From contig DATDAW010000002.1 of the NCBI GenBank assembly GCA_036525185.1, positions 72,856 to 136,855 of the forward strand: a stretch of 64,000 nt of DNA. Reading direction: 5' to 3'. Positions 54,858-64,000 of the stretch are shown here, in pieces. The DNA comes from Chthoniobacterales bacterium. Lineage in GTDB: Bacteria > Verrucomicrobiota > Verrucomicrobiia > Chthoniobacterales > DASVRZ01. The notes beneath the pieces are model-generated. The model searched no databases and was not told the origin of the DNA. It was given only the letters and a program-made list of their open reading frames with translations. The position numbers were made by a program, and so were the translations under genes. How positions within the stretch are numbered: position 1 is the stretch's first letter; each line of letters opens with the position of its first letter.

Positions 54858-55894
54858 CTCCGAGCCCGCGAACTCGAGCCGGCGCCTCAACCCGTCGCCC
54901 GGCCAATCGCCGTAAGAAACGCCCTCAGCATTTGCTCGACGTCAATATCCGCGTTCATCGAGCCAAGTCCCAGCGCAACCAGCGGATCATCCTGTTTGTT
55001 TGCAAAGTTTTGCTCGTCCTCGGCATTCTCGTGGGTGTGGCATATGGCATTCGCGAGGGACTCAATCGGCTGTTTTTCGCCAACCCCACTTACACGCTGA
55101 ACCACATCGACGTGGATATCGACGGCACGCTCAACCGCGATCAAGTCCTCCAAAGCGTCGCGCTGCGCACCGGTGTGAACATTTTTTCCGTCAAACTCCC
55201 GGTCGCAAGGCAGGCGCTGCTCGACATTCCACAAGTGGAAGATGCGGAAATTCAACGACTTCTGCCCGACACACTGAAGATCACGATCCGCGAGCGCCAA
55301 CCCGTCGCGCGTCTCATTGCGGACCGAGCACAAATCGATACCCTCACACCCGCGCAGACTCTGATGCTGGACGCCAGCGGCATCGTGCTGAAAAGCCGTG
55401 CCAATCTGCCTGAATACACGCGACTGCCCGTTATCACCGGTTATCCAACCGACGGTCTCCGACTCGGCAAACCGGTTGAAGCAGCAGAAGTCATGTCTGC
55501 GCTCACCCTCCTGAAAAAGACCGGCGAAGAGTTGCCGGGACGTTACGATATCCAGACGATCGATCTCTCGAAAGGCTGGTGCATGGATGTTGCCGATCGC
55601 AGTCGCAGCGCGATCCGCTTTTCTTTTGAAGACCTCGATTCGCAGGTCCGACGGCTGGGCCTGCTGCTCGATTATTGCGACAAGAACCATCAGCAGATCG
55701 CTACGGTCAACCTGACCATTAAGCGTAATGTCCCGGTCACATTTGTACAAAGCGAAGCGATCGCTACCGATGGCGCAAGCGCCTCGAAATCAGAATTTAG
55801 TAAACCAACTGAACTCACCGGCGAAAATTCGCTGCCTGTCCGCAAGGCGCTGCCGGCCAACAAGAAGAAAGGATCAAAAAATGGGAAGGGATGA
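54854..55894 (+). CDS. ftsQ: cell division protein FtsQ (POTRA)
   Basis: Basic N-tail, TM IILFVCKVLLVLGILVGVAYGI, POTRA-like LNHIDVDIDGTLNRDQVLQSVALRTGVNIFSV..VEDAEIQRLLPDTLKITIRERQPVARL. Confidence 0.8.
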   Translation: MTPSPRTRAGASTRRPANRRKKRPQHLLDVNIRVHRAKSQRNQRIILFVCKVLLVLGILVGVAYGIREGLNRLFFANPTYTLNHIDVDIDGTLNRDQVLQSVALRTGVNIFSVKLPVARQALLDIPQVEDAEIQRLLPDTLKITIRERQPVARLIADRAQIDTLTPAQTLMLDASGIVLKSRANLPEYTRLPVITGYPTDGLRLGKPVEAAEVMSALTLLKKTGEELPGRYDIQTIDLSKGWCMDVADRSRSAIRFSFEDLDSQVRRLGLLLDYCDKNHQQIATVNLTIKRNVPVTFVQSEAIATDGASASKSEFSKPTELTGENSLPVRKALPANKKKGSKNGKG

Positions 55895-57095
55895 CATTGT
55901 TGTCGGCCTTGAAATCGGCACCTCAAAAATCTGCGTCGTCGTCGCTGAAGATCAGGGCGACGGCACTATTAAAATCCTCGGCGTCGGCCAGGTCGCTTCA
56001 CGCGGCGTGCGCAAAGGCGAGATCGTCGATTTCGACACCGCACAACAATGCCTCCACGACGCCCTCGTCGATGCCGAGCAGAAGAGTGATATCGAGATCG
56101 AGAGTGTTTTCGTCGGTATCAGCGGCTCACACATTTCCAGCTTCAACAGCCGGGGAATCGTCACAATTCCCGAGGAAAAAGGTGAGATCGATGAGGAAGA
56201 CATCGAATCCGCCAAGGCCAGCGCCAAAGAAGTCAGCATCCCTGCAGAAAATGCCTTCGTACACCAGATTTTGCAGCACTATTACGTCGATGGCCGTGAC
56301 GGGGTGTTGAATCCGGTTGGTATTTTCGGGAGTAAACTGGAAGCCGATTACCACATCGTTCACGGCATCCGCAATCGTATCCACAACACGCTGCGTTGCG
56401 TGAAGGAAATCCCGCTGAGTGTTGAAGATATCGTCCTCAACGGCCTCGCTTCCGCGCAGATCGTGCTCGATCAGGAACAAAAGAATCTCGGCGCGCTCGT
56501 CCTCGACATCGGTGGCGGCACCACGGATTACGTCATGTACCATGACGGCGCGGTGCGAAGCAGCGGTGTGCTCGCCGTCGGCGGCGATCATATCACCAAC
56601 GATATCAGCATGTTGCTGAAAATGCCCATTGCTCGGGCAGAACGGCTCAAGATCACTGAAGGCAGCGTCATTCTCGGCAATTCGCTTCCGGGTGAAACGG
56701 TTGCGTTGAAAGACGAAACCGGATTCGCCGGCCGCGAAATCGAGCGGGAAAAGCTTAATACGATCATCCACATGCGAATGCGCGAGACCTTTGAGATCCT
56801 CAAACGCCGCCTCGAAAATGATTCCGCCTTTGGATACCTCGGCACCGGCCTCCATATTACCGGCGGTTGCAGTCTCTTGAAGGGCATCGACAACCTCGCG
56901 CAGGAAGTTTTCGGAATGGAAGTCACGCTCACACACGCGCCTGCGATGGCCGGCATTACGTCCGCTTTTGAAAATCCGCAATACTCCACCGCTATCGGAT
57001 TGGTGAAATACGCGCAGGCCGTCCGCGCGGAAATTCCGGCCGAAGGAGTCCTGACACGCATTTTTAACCCGCTCAAACGCCTTTTCCGCAGATAG
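55881..57095 (+). CDS. ftsA: cell division protein FtsA
   Basis: ORF 55728..57095; start ATG 55881 (MGRDDIVVGLEIGTSKICVVVAE), overlapping ftsQ end; LDIGGGTTD. Confidence 0.9.
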   Translation: MGRDDIVVGLEIGTSKICVVVAEDQGDGTIKILGVGQVASRGVRKGEIVDFDTAQQCLHDALVDAEQKSDIEIESVFVGISGSHISSFNSRGIVTIPEEKGEIDEEDIESAKASAKEVSIPAENAFVHQILQHYYVDGRDGVLNPVGIFGSKLEADYHIVHGIRNRIHNTLRCVKEIPLSVEDIVLNGLASAQIVLDQEQKNLGALVLDIGGGTTDYVMYHDGAVRSSGVLAVGGDHITNDISMLLKMPIARAERLKITEGSVILGNSLPGETVALKDETGFAGREIEREKLNTIIHMRMRETFEILKRRLENDSAFGYLGTGLHITGGCSLLKGIDNLAQEVFGMEVTLTHAPAMAGITSAFENPQYSTAIGLVKYAQAVRAEIPAEGVLTRIFNPLKRLFRR

Positions 57096-57123
57096 AAAAA
57101 AACCGCCCTCCTCTTAACCTAAG

Positions 57124-57173
57124 CTTGCTCTTGCTCTGTGGTCGTGACGCGTCCTGCCTGGAGCGAGAGCAAG
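57124..57173 (+). other. 13-bp stem hairpin in the ftsA-ftsZ spacer
   Basis: CTTGCTCTTGCTC (57124-57136) pairs with GAGCGAGAGCAAG (57161-57173), 12 WC plus 1 GU, 24-nt loop; ends 21 nt before the ftsZ ATG, next to RBS GAAAGAGGAAAG. Confidence 0.7.
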
Positions 57174-57194
57174 ACTAAGAGAAAGAGGAAAGAA

Positions 57195-58556
57195 ATGCCC
57201 GCAACCAAGACCAACGACAACGCCATGATTGAGATTAACCGCTCCCTGCCAGGCGCCTCCGCGCCCATTGAACCTATTCCTGTCAAAATTGTTGGCATCG
57301 GCGGCGCCGGTTCCAGCGCGCTCGATCGCATGTTGCTCGACGGCGTGGATGCTACCGATCTCGTTGCGGTCAATACCGACGTCCAATCCCTTACCGCTTC
57401 GGTGGCCGCGCAAAAAATTCAACTCGGTAATGCTCTTACCCACGGGCTGGGTGCCGGGGGCGATCCTGAAGTGGGCATGCAGGCAACCGAAGTGGCGTTG
57501 CCGGCTATCCACGAAGCCATCGAAGGCGCCAAAATCGTCTTTCTCGTTGCCGGCCTGGGAGGCGGCACCGGTTCCGGCGCGGCCCCGCTGATTGCCAGCG
57601 CTGCCCGCGACGACGGCGCGCTGGTCATTGGCATCGTCACACTCCCATTTACCTTTGAAGGCCGTCGTCGCGGATTGCAGGCCCGCTCCGCGCTCGATCA
57701 GCTTCGCCGCATTTGTCATTCCGTTATTGTGTTTGAGAACGATCGCATGTCCGAACTCATCGTTCCCAAAGCCGGCATCCAGCAGGCATTCATCCAGGCG
57801 GACCACTGCATCAGCGAATGCATTCGCGCCCTGCTTTCCATGGTGGCGCGGCCCGGGGTCATCAAAGTAGGCATCGATGAAGTATTTACGGCACTCAAGA
57901 ATCGAGACCCGCAATGTGTGTTTGGTCACGGAGAATCCGACGGCGACAACCGCGCCCATGAAGCGCTTGCCCGCGCATTGAAAAATCCTCTAATGGAGCG
58001 TGGCAAACTGCTTGAAGAAGCCGCCAATGTTCTCGTCTACATTGCTGGCGCCTCAAGTCTCACTCTCGCAGAAGTTGAAATGATCATGACGGAGCTGAAC
58101 CGTCACATTAAAGAGCGTACCCAAATTTTGCTTGGCGCTTCCATCGATGCCCGGCTCGGCAATAAACTTACGGTGACAATTCTCAGCTCCGTTGGCAGCA
58201 ATCCTCCCCAGGAATACGTTCCGCTATCCCTTCCTGGCCGCCAGCAGCCAGCCGCTGAAGATCCGGTTGCGCAGTCGGCGTCCATGCCCGAACGCCAGAT
58301 TGAAATCATCGAATCCGTCGTTTCCGTTGTCGTCGACGAACCGGATCTGCCTTCCAAGACGGAGCTTCCAGCGGAGCTCATTCCAGCCGAGCCAAAATCC
58401 AACGGCGCGTCTTCGAAGAAAGGGAAGGAGATCCATCAGCAGGATCTGCAATTTGAAAATGTCAGCCGCGGTCGTTTCGAAAAGAGCGAACCGACGATTG
58501 TTGAAGGTCACGACCTGGACGTTCCCACGATCCTGAGAAAAGGCTTCCGGGTATAA
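57195..58556 (+). CDS. ftsZ: cell division protein FtsZ
   Basis: ORF 57138..58556; ATG 57195 behind a purine-rich RBS; VGIGGAGSSALDRM, GLGGGTGSGAAPLIA, C-terminal peptide DLDVPTILRK. Confidence 0.95.
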   Translation: MPATKTNDNAMIEINRSLPGASAPIEPIPVKIVGIGGAGSSALDRMLLDGVDATDLVAVNTDVQSLTASVAAQKIQLGNALTHGLGAGGDPEVGMQATEVALPAIHEAIEGAKIVFLVAGLGGGTGSGAAPLIASAARDDGALVIGIVTLPFTFEGRRRGLQARSALDQLRRICHSVIVFENDRMSELIVPKAGIQQAFIQADHCISECIRALLSMVARPGVIKVGIDEVFTALKNRDPQCVFGHGESDGDNRAHEALARALKNPLMERGKLLEEAANVLVYIAGASSLTLAEVEMIMTELNRHIKERTQILLGASIDARLGNKLTVTILSSVGSNPPQEYVPLSLPGRQQPAAEDPVAQSASMPERQIEIIESVVSVVVDEPDLPSKTELPAELIPAEPKSNGASSKKGKEIHQQDLQFENVSRGRFEKSEPTIVEGHDLDVPTILRKGFRV

Positions 58557-58594
58557 AAGAAAGAGAGTTCAGCTCCGCACACGCGGGCTGAGCT
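58555..58594 (-). terminator. terminator candidate for phoU (convergent with ftsZ)
   Basis: GTTCAGC (58568-58574) / GCTGAGC (58588-58594), 6 of 7 bp; on the minus strand followed by TCTCTTTCTTTT. Confidence 0.35.
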
Positions 58595-58601
58595 CGGCTC
58601 T

Positions 58602-59288
58602 CTATGCTACCGAGCCGTAGGTATGGCGGATGTCTTCGGCATGAACCGCCCAGACGGTATCCTCGGCAATGTTGGTCGCATGGTCACCGACGCGTTCGAG
58701 ATAACGGGCGACGAAAATCAAATTTAGGTAGTCCTGAACGCGGTCCGGATTTTTCGCAATCTGCGTGGTGATTTCGCTGATGAAATCACGGTTGAGTCCA
58801 TCGAGCAGCTTGTCCCGCTTTTTGAGCGAGAGCGCGAGTTCGACGTCGTCTTCGGTGAAAGCGCGGAGGCTGTCCTTGAAGAGAGAGACCGCCGATTGGT
58901 AAAGCGGTTCGATTTGATTGGTCTCAGGAAGCGGCGGATGCTGGTTCAGCTTGCGGGCGCGACGAGCGATGTTGACGGCCTGGTCGGCAACGCGTTCGAG
59001 ATTCGGCCCCAGCTTCATGGCGGCGACGACCCGGCGCAGATCGGTGGCGACGGGCTGATACCGAAGCATGATGTCGATGCCTTCTTTGTCGATTTGCTTT
59101 TCAAGTTGATCGATCTCTTCGTCGTCGGCGATAGCGATATTGCACAGGTCATTATCGCGCTTGAGCAGGCCGTTGATGGCGTTCTGCAGGTTGAGCTCTG
59201 CGAGGCTGGACATCATGAGCACGTCGTTGCGGAGGCTCGTGAGTGCGGTGTCAAAATTCGTAACGATATGGCGAGGGAAATCGGGCAT
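58602..59288 (-). CDS. phoU: phosphate signalling complex protein PhoU (orphan, no pst genes nearby)
   Basis: ORF 58602..59495; ATG rc 59286-59288 gives MPDFPRHIVTNFDTALTSLRNDVLMM; duplicated ERVADQAVNIA / ERVGDHATNIAE helices. Confidence 0.85.
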   Translation of the reverse strand: MPDFPRHIVTNFDTALTSLRNDVLMMSSLAELNLQNAINGLLKRDNDLCNIAIADDEEIDQLEKQIDKEGIDIMLRYQPVATDLRRVVAAMKLGPNLERVADQAVNIARRARKLNQHPPLPETNQIEPLYQSAVSLFKDSLRAFTEDDVELALSLKKRDKLLDGLNRDFISEITTQIAKNPDRVQDYLNLIFVARYLERVGDHATNIAEDTVWAVHAEDIRHTYGSVA

Positions 59289-59572
59289 AAGACTAAAATG
59301 TTCCGGTAAAAAATGTTGCGCGGAGAATGTAGCGGCGTTTGAAAATCTCTTCAAAAGGAAACCGGAGGTGTGCTGGAAACCGCCAGGACGCCCGGTTTCT
59401 GACTTTAACCACCAAAGTATCACGAAACGGGTGCTCCCAACGGTGGCCGATTGGAGAGCGCCGTGCATGATCCCGGCTGGGGCCCCGCGGGTCAAAAACG
59501 TTGTTGTTACAATCCGATGGCACGTATGTGGAGAAATGATGACGTGAAATCGTGCCGATTTAGAGATTTCGA

Positions 59573-61216
59573 CTACCCTGGATTGATCTCCGACTGCAGG
59601 CGTGGCAGCAATTCAGAAATCTGGATGCGCTCCTGCTGCATCGAATCGCGGTGGCGCAAGGTGACAGTGTCTCGCATGGCGTCGCCGTTTTCACCAAGGG
59701 TTTCGAAGTCGATGGTGACGCAAAAAGGCGTCCCGGCTTCATCGAGGCGACGGTACCGGCGGCCGATCGCGCCACTGTCATCGTAGAAAACGTTCATGTG
59801 CGGCCGCAACAAATCGCGCACTTCGAGCGCTTTCTGGACGAGTTCCGGCTTGTTCTTCAAAAGGGGCAACACGCCGACTTTGATAGGCGCGATGCTCGGA
59901 TGGAACCGCAAGACCGTGCGGGTCTCTGCTTTGCCTTTCTCGTCGGAGACCAACTCCTCATCGTACGCGTGACAGATGAGCGCTAGAATGGCGCGATCAA
60001 CGCCTGCCGACGGCTCGATGACGTGCGGGATATAGCGGGCATTGGCTTCCTGATCGAAATATTCCTGGGATTTGCCGCTGTGAATCTGATGCTGTTTCAG
60101 GTCGAAGTCCGATCGTGCTGCGATGCCCTCAAGTTCCTGTGCGCCGAACGGAAATTTGAACAGAATATCGACGCACGCCCGGGCGTAGTGCGCGAGCTCG
60201 TCCTTTGTTTGCCGGTAGAGTTCGAGCGAATCCCGGGGAATACCGATCGAAGCATACCAACGGACGCGTTCGTGGACCCAGTAGGTGTGCCATGCCTGCC
60301 AGCCCCACGCTGCCTGTGGTTCACCCGGGTGTTGCTCGGGATCTACCTCAATAACCGCTGCTGTCGGGCCTCCGGCGACTTCGTCAGGTTTAATGAAAAA
60401 TTCGAGTTCCATTTGCTCGAATTCACGGGAGCGAAAGATGTAGTTGCGTGGCGTCACTTCGTTGCGGAAAGCCTTGCCGATTTGGCAAATGCCGAAGGGA
60501 ACTTTCTGCCGCGACGTATCAAGGACATTCTTGAACTGCACAAAAATCGCCTGGGCGGTCTCCGGGCGCAAATAGGCAATGTTCTCGTCGCTTTCAACCG
60601 GGCCGTAGTGCGTCTTGAACATCAAATTGAACGGTCTCGCTTCGCCGAGTTCGACGTGACTCTCAGGGTGGAAGTCCACGGAATTGGTAACTTCTGCGAG
60701 AACTGCACCTTCGAGGACGACGTCTTCCGGTTTTACCGAGGTGCCGAGCGCGTACAGTTGGCGTGCGGTCTTACGAATGCTGTCGGGATGAATGCCCTTG
60801 GGCTGGATGACCGCGTAACGCTTGTCGCTGGTCCAATTTGAGGTCGCTGAAGTCGCACCGGAATACCGGAAAACGGTTCCGGAAATTGGATCCACCTGAT
60901 CGGCTCGGACACGTTTCTTGGTGAGCGGACACTCGCGCATGAGATCGGCAAACGTGTCCACGTGGCCGGACGCCTGCCAGACACTCGGATGCATAATAAT
61001 CGTGGCTTCGAGTCCGACGATATCGTCGCGGAACCGGGTCATGGATCGCCACCAAAGTTCTTTCAGGTTGCGCTTCAATTCCGCGCCAAGCGGGCCGTAG
61101 TCCCAGAAACCGTTGATGCCGCCGTAGATTTCACTGGATTGAAAGATGAAGCCACGCCTCTTGCAGAGGCTGACGATTTTTTCCATGCGATCAGTGGCGG
61201 ACGGGACGTTGGACAT
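59573..61216 (-). CDS. glyQS: glycine--tRNA ligase (homodimeric alpha2 type)
   Basis: 547 aa; MEKIVSLCKRRGFIFQSSEIYGGINGFWDYGPLGAELKRNL, FRNEVTPRNYIFRSREFEQMELEFF. Confidence 0.9.
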   Translation of the reverse strand: MSNVPSATDRMEKIVSLCKRRGFIFQSSEIYGGINGFWDYGPLGAELKRNLKELWWRSMTRFRDDIVGLEATIIMHPSVWQASGHVDTFADLMRECPLTKKRVRADQVDPISGTVFRYSGATSATSNWTSDKRYAVIQPKGIHPDSIRKTARQLYALGTSVKPEDVVLEGAVLAEVTNSVDFHPESHVELGEARPFNLMFKTHYGPVESDENIAYLRPETAQAIFVQFKNVLDTSRQKVPFGICQIGKAFRNEVTPRNYIFRSREFEQMELEFFIKPDEVAGGPTAAVIEVDPEQHPGEPQAAWGWQAWHTYWVHERVRWYASIGIPRDSLELYRQTKDELAHYARACVDILFKFPFGAQELEGIAARSDFDLKQHQIHSGKSQEYFDQEANARYIPHVIEPSAGVDRAILALICHAYDEELVSDEKGKAETRTVLRFHPSIAPIKVGVLPLLKNKPELVQKALEVRDLLRPHMNVFYDDSGAIGRRYRRLDEAGTPFCVTIDFETLGENGDAMRDTVTLRHRDSMQQERIQISELLPRLQSEINPG

Positions 61217-61371
61217 AGCTGAATTGAGAAAGGGGTGGAAACAGAACGCGTCCCAGGCCGGAAGGCAACGGAAAAGGTGATGACCCGAAAGCTTTCCCTT
61301 AGCTGTTAGGCGAGGAGGCGATTAGACACTTGATCGATCTCAAGGCGCATTCGGCTGTTGTTCGGTGATGA

Positions 61372-61854
61372 CTACCAAAAGCCGCCCTTCCCCTTGATCC
61401 GATATTTTCCGTCGCCGACGCTGAGAACTTCGATGCGAACCCGCGCGAGGCCCTGATCGTAAAAGCCAAGCTTTTTCGCGACGGGTTCAGTAACGTCAAG
61501 CATACGGCCGGAAATGAAAGGCCCACGGTCATTGATTCGTATGACCGCGGAACGGGCGTTGGCGAGATTGGTCACCCGGACACGGCAAGGCAGGGGGAGG
61601 GTTTTGTGAGCTCCGCACTTGGTCCAGGGATAGAGCTTTTCGCCGGTCGAAGTTTTGCCGGGAAAAAGGAACCAGCCTTCCTTGTAGTGGGACGCGGTGC
61701 CTTCCTCGGTGTAACCGACAGCGCCAGCGGGTTGCATTGGATGGTAACGGATTCCCCGGATGGAATAGGCGCGGGTTTGATAGCCGCGATATTCGTGGCC
61801 GGCGCAGCCGGTGAGGAGAATGAGGAGCGCTGCGATGATCAGCCTTCTGAACAT
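61372..61854 (-). CDS. rlpA: septal ring lytic transglycosylase RlpA-family lipoprotein (DPBB domain)
   Basis: Lipobox MFRRLIIAALLILLTGC; TASHYKEG, TSTGEKLYPWTKCGAHKTLPLPCRVRVTNLANARSAVIRINDRGPF. Confidence 0.8.
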   Translation of the reverse strand: MFRRLIIAALLILLTGCAGHEYRGYQTRAYSIRGIRYHPMQPAGAVGYTEEGTASHYKEGWFLFPGKTSTGEKLYPWTKCGAHKTLPLPCRVRVTNLANARSAVIRINDRGPFISGRMLDVTEPVAKKLGFYDQGLARVRIEVLSVGDGKYRIKGKGGFW

Positions 61855-61943
61855 GGCTTTCAGATGAAGCCGCAGGCAGCGGCGGTTGTCGAGGATTCTG
61901 TGTTGTAGCAGCCGGCGGGCCTCGGATGATCGCTGGATGGCGC

Positions 61944-61976
61944 AAAAAAAGGCGCGTCATGCGACGCGCCTTTTTT
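61944..61976 (-). terminator. rho-independent terminator after pnp (symmetrical, potentially bidirectional)
   Basis: AAAAAAA GGCGCGTC atgc GACGCGCC TTTTTT; perfect 8-bp GC-rich stem, 22 nt past the pnp stop. Confidence 0.8.
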
Positions 61977-61997
61977 AAATAGCTCTGTGAATAGGGA

Positions 61998-64000
61998 TTA
62001 CGCTCCGACTTCTGCCGCGGCGACTTCGTTGCGTTCTTTCATCGCAGCTTTGCGGCTGAGCTTCACGCGGCCCTTGTCGTCGATGCCGATGCATTTCACC
62101 CAGATCATATCGCCGACATTGACGACGTCTTCGGTCTTCTTGACCCTGAAATCGGCCAATTCGGAAATGTGGCAGAGACCGTCCTTGCCAGGCAGGACTT
62201 CGACGAAGGCGCCGAATTCTTTGATGGAAACGACACGCCCCTGGTAGGTTTCGCCAATGGTGATTTCCTTGGTCATGCCAGTGATGATTTCCTTGGCACG
62301 CTTCAGACTTTCGCCGTTGTTCGAGTAGATGTGCACGGAGCCATCGTCATCGATGTTAATCTCCGCGCCGGTCTCGGCAACGATGCCTTTGATGGTTTTG
62401 CCGCCAGGTCCGATAAGAAGGCCAATCTTGTCCGGATCAATCTTAATCGTTTCGATACGCGGTGCATACGGGCTGAGTTCGGCGCGGGGCGCGGCGATCG
62501 CAGAGGCCATGACCTCGAGAACTTTGCCACGCGCGGCTTTTGCCTCGAGGATGGCTTCGGTGAGAATCTTGTGGCTGACACCCGGGAGTTTCAGATCGAG
62601 CTGGAAGCCCGTGACGCCCGTGTCGGTGCCGCAAAGTTTGAAGTCCATGTCACCGAAGTGGTCCTCGGAGCCGATAATGTCGAGCAACGTCGTGTAGCGC
62701 TCCAAAACATCACCGTTGTATTCCGTAACAAGACCAACAGAAATGCCGGCAACCGGCTTTTTGAGTGGGACGCCCGCATCCATAAGAGCCATGACGCCGG
62801 AACAGACCGACGCCATGGACGTAGATCCGTTCGATTCGGTGACCTCGCTGCTCACGCGAATGGCATAAGGGAAATCTTCGACCGCTGGAATGACCGGGGC
62901 GATGGAACGCTCGGCGAGCGCACCGTGACCGATCTCACGGCGGCTGGTGCTGCCCGTGCGACCCGTTTCACCGACGGAGAAGGGCGGGAAGTTGTAGTGC
63001 AGAATGAAACGTTTGGACTGTTCGCCACCCGTGTATCCGTCGAGAAGCTGGGCTTCATCGGTCGGGGCGAGCGTGGCCAGAGCGATGGCCTGGGTTTCTC
63101 CGCGCTGGAAGAGAGCGGAACCGTGCGAGCGTGGGAGCAAACCGGCTTCTGCTGAAAGCGGACGGAGAGTATGCAGGTCGCGACCGTCACAACGGCTGCG
63201 GCGGTCAAGAATCGAGCGGCGGAAAGCTTTCTTCTGCAGATGGTCGAACGCTTGCGAAATTTCGAACGGGGTCGCTTCCGGGAATTTCTCCAGAACCGCT
63301 GTCTTCACTTCGCTGCGCAACGCGTCAACGGCTTTGCTACGGGCGATTTTGCTCGGTGTGTAAAGAGCGGCTTCGATCCGATCGCCAGCGACCTGAAAGG
63401 CGATCTCGAGGAGTTCGTCTTTCACTTCTAGGAGCGCGACCTGGCGCTTTGGTTTGCCTGCGATACGGCCCAGTTCATCCTGCGCTTCGATGACTTTGAG
63501 TGCTTCCTTGTGTGCGAATTCAAGGGCATTAATGAAATCGTCCTCGGGCAATTCGAGGGCCGAGCCTTCTATCATGATGACATCGTTGCGCGTGCCGACA
63601 TAGACGAGGTCGAGATCGCTCTCAGCGAGCTGCGAGTGCGTCGGATTGACGACGAATTCACCGCCGATGCGGCTTACGCGCACGGCGCCGACGGGGCCCG
63701 CAAATGGAATGTCCGACACGACGAGCGCGGCGGAAGCGCCGTTGATGCTCAAAATATCGGGATCAATCTCGCCATCGGCGCTGAGCAGAATGCTAATGAT
63801 CTGCGTGTCGTAGAAATAGTTCTTCGGAAACAGTGGACGCAGCGGACGGTCGGTCATGCGTGCGGTGAGAATTTCTTTTTCCGAAGGGCGACCCTCGCGT
63901 TTGAAATAACCGCCGGGGAATTTGCCGACTGCGGCGGCTTTTTCGCGGTAATCGACGGTCAGCGGAAAGAAATCCTGACCTTCTTTGATAGTGGTGGCGG
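61998..64000 (-). CDS. pnp: polyribonucleotide nucleotidyltransferase, 3' two-thirds plus (5' end outside window)
   Basis: ORF track starts at an internal Met (63857), but the frame stays open to the window end (..[57 protein letters not shown]). RNase PH domains, KH, and S1 ([17 protein letters not shown]). Confidence 0.9.
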   Translation of the reverse strand, partial: ATTIKEGQDFFPLTVDYREKAAAVGKFPGGYFKREGRPSEKEILTARMTDRPLRPLFPKNYFYDTQIISILLSADGEIDPDILSINGASAALVVSDIPFAGPVGAVRVSRIGGEFVVNPTHSQLAESDLDLVYVGTRNDVIMIEGSALELPEDDFINALEFAHKEALKVIEAQDELGRIAGKPKRQVALLEVKDELLEIAFQVAGDRIEAALYTPSKIARSKAVDALRSEVKTAVLEKFPEATPFEISQAFDHLQKKAFRRSILDRRSRCDGRDLHTLRPLSAEAGLLPRSHGSALFQRGETQAIALATLAPTDEAQLLDGYTGGEQSKRFILHYNFPPFSVGETGRTGSTSRREIGHGALAERSIAPVIPAVEDFPYAIRVSSEVTESNGSTSMASVCSGVMALMDAGVPLKKPVAGISVGLVTEYNGDVLERYTTLLDIIGSEDHFGDMDFKLCGTDTGVTGFQLDLKLPGVSHKILTEAILEAKAARGKVLEVMASAIAAPRAELSPYAPRIETIKIDPDKIGLLIGPGGKTIKGIVAETGAEINIDDDGSVHIYSNNGESLKRAKEIITGMTKEITIGETYQGRVVSIKEFGAFVEVLPGKDGLCHISELADFRVKKTEDVVNVGDMIWVKCIGIDDKGRVKLSRKAAMKERNEVAAAEVGA

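Noticed and set aside
61217-61371. Possible leader RNA, riboswitch or tRNA-like element upstream of glyQS and in other spacers longer than 100 bp (13543-13677, 20698-20841, 28342-28482).
   Set aside because: I saw no cloverleaf-compatible stems, T-box features or conserved riboswitch cores. An Infernal/tRNAscan run would be decisive.

Overview
GC-rich bacterial chromosomal window. The gene content and protein style suggest Verrucomicrobiota: a MurC-MurB fusion, a complete dcw cluster ending in ftsA-ftsZ, PT-rich linkers and lipobox/ankyrin proteins. This is inference only; nothing was searched. There are about 60 intact protein genes, tightly packed, with many 1-8 nt start/stop overlaps. (i) 1-28.3 kb is a housekeeping mix: hisS (partial), recF, ubiX, trpD, nagA, rex, trmB, glgE, lpxI, hisBH, rsfS-nadD, nagZ, lrp, pfk, a PBP5-like carboxypeptidase and an AI-2E permease. 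(ii) 28.4-39.3 kb is an accessory, decaying patch. It holds a 1.4-kb mosaic of at least five gene fragments (aldo-keto reductase, two SDR pieces, AraC, DoxX), three intact SDR oxidoreductases, LysR and DUF1097. It also holds a lower-GC SDR plus membrane-protein pair, a GalT-type transferase bracketed by copies of a REP-like palindromic repeat, a Zn-ribbon/4-TM pair and an orphan receiver. (iii) 39.5-58.6 kb is a complete dcw cluster, mraZ-rsmH-ftsL-ftsI-murE-murF-mraY-murD-[double-LysM protein]-ftsW-murG-murC::murB-ddl-ftsQ-ftsA-ftsZ, with a recognisable MraZ operator. It is followed by phoU, glyQS, rlpA and pnp (partial). I saw no rRNA, tRNA, CRISPR array, transposase, integrase or phage genes, and no defence-island hallmarks. 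I do not see one self-evident novel multi-gene system. The best candidates for something undescribed are: the dcw-embedded bitopic double-LysM protein; the methyltransferase-ankyrin lipoprotein-trmB operon; the unrecognised gene translationally coupled between nagA and trpD; the REP-like repeat family; a 5x7-bp tandem heptamer array in the hisB leader; and two genes whose conserved N-termini lack any canonical start codon. All family assignments come from reading motifs by eye.
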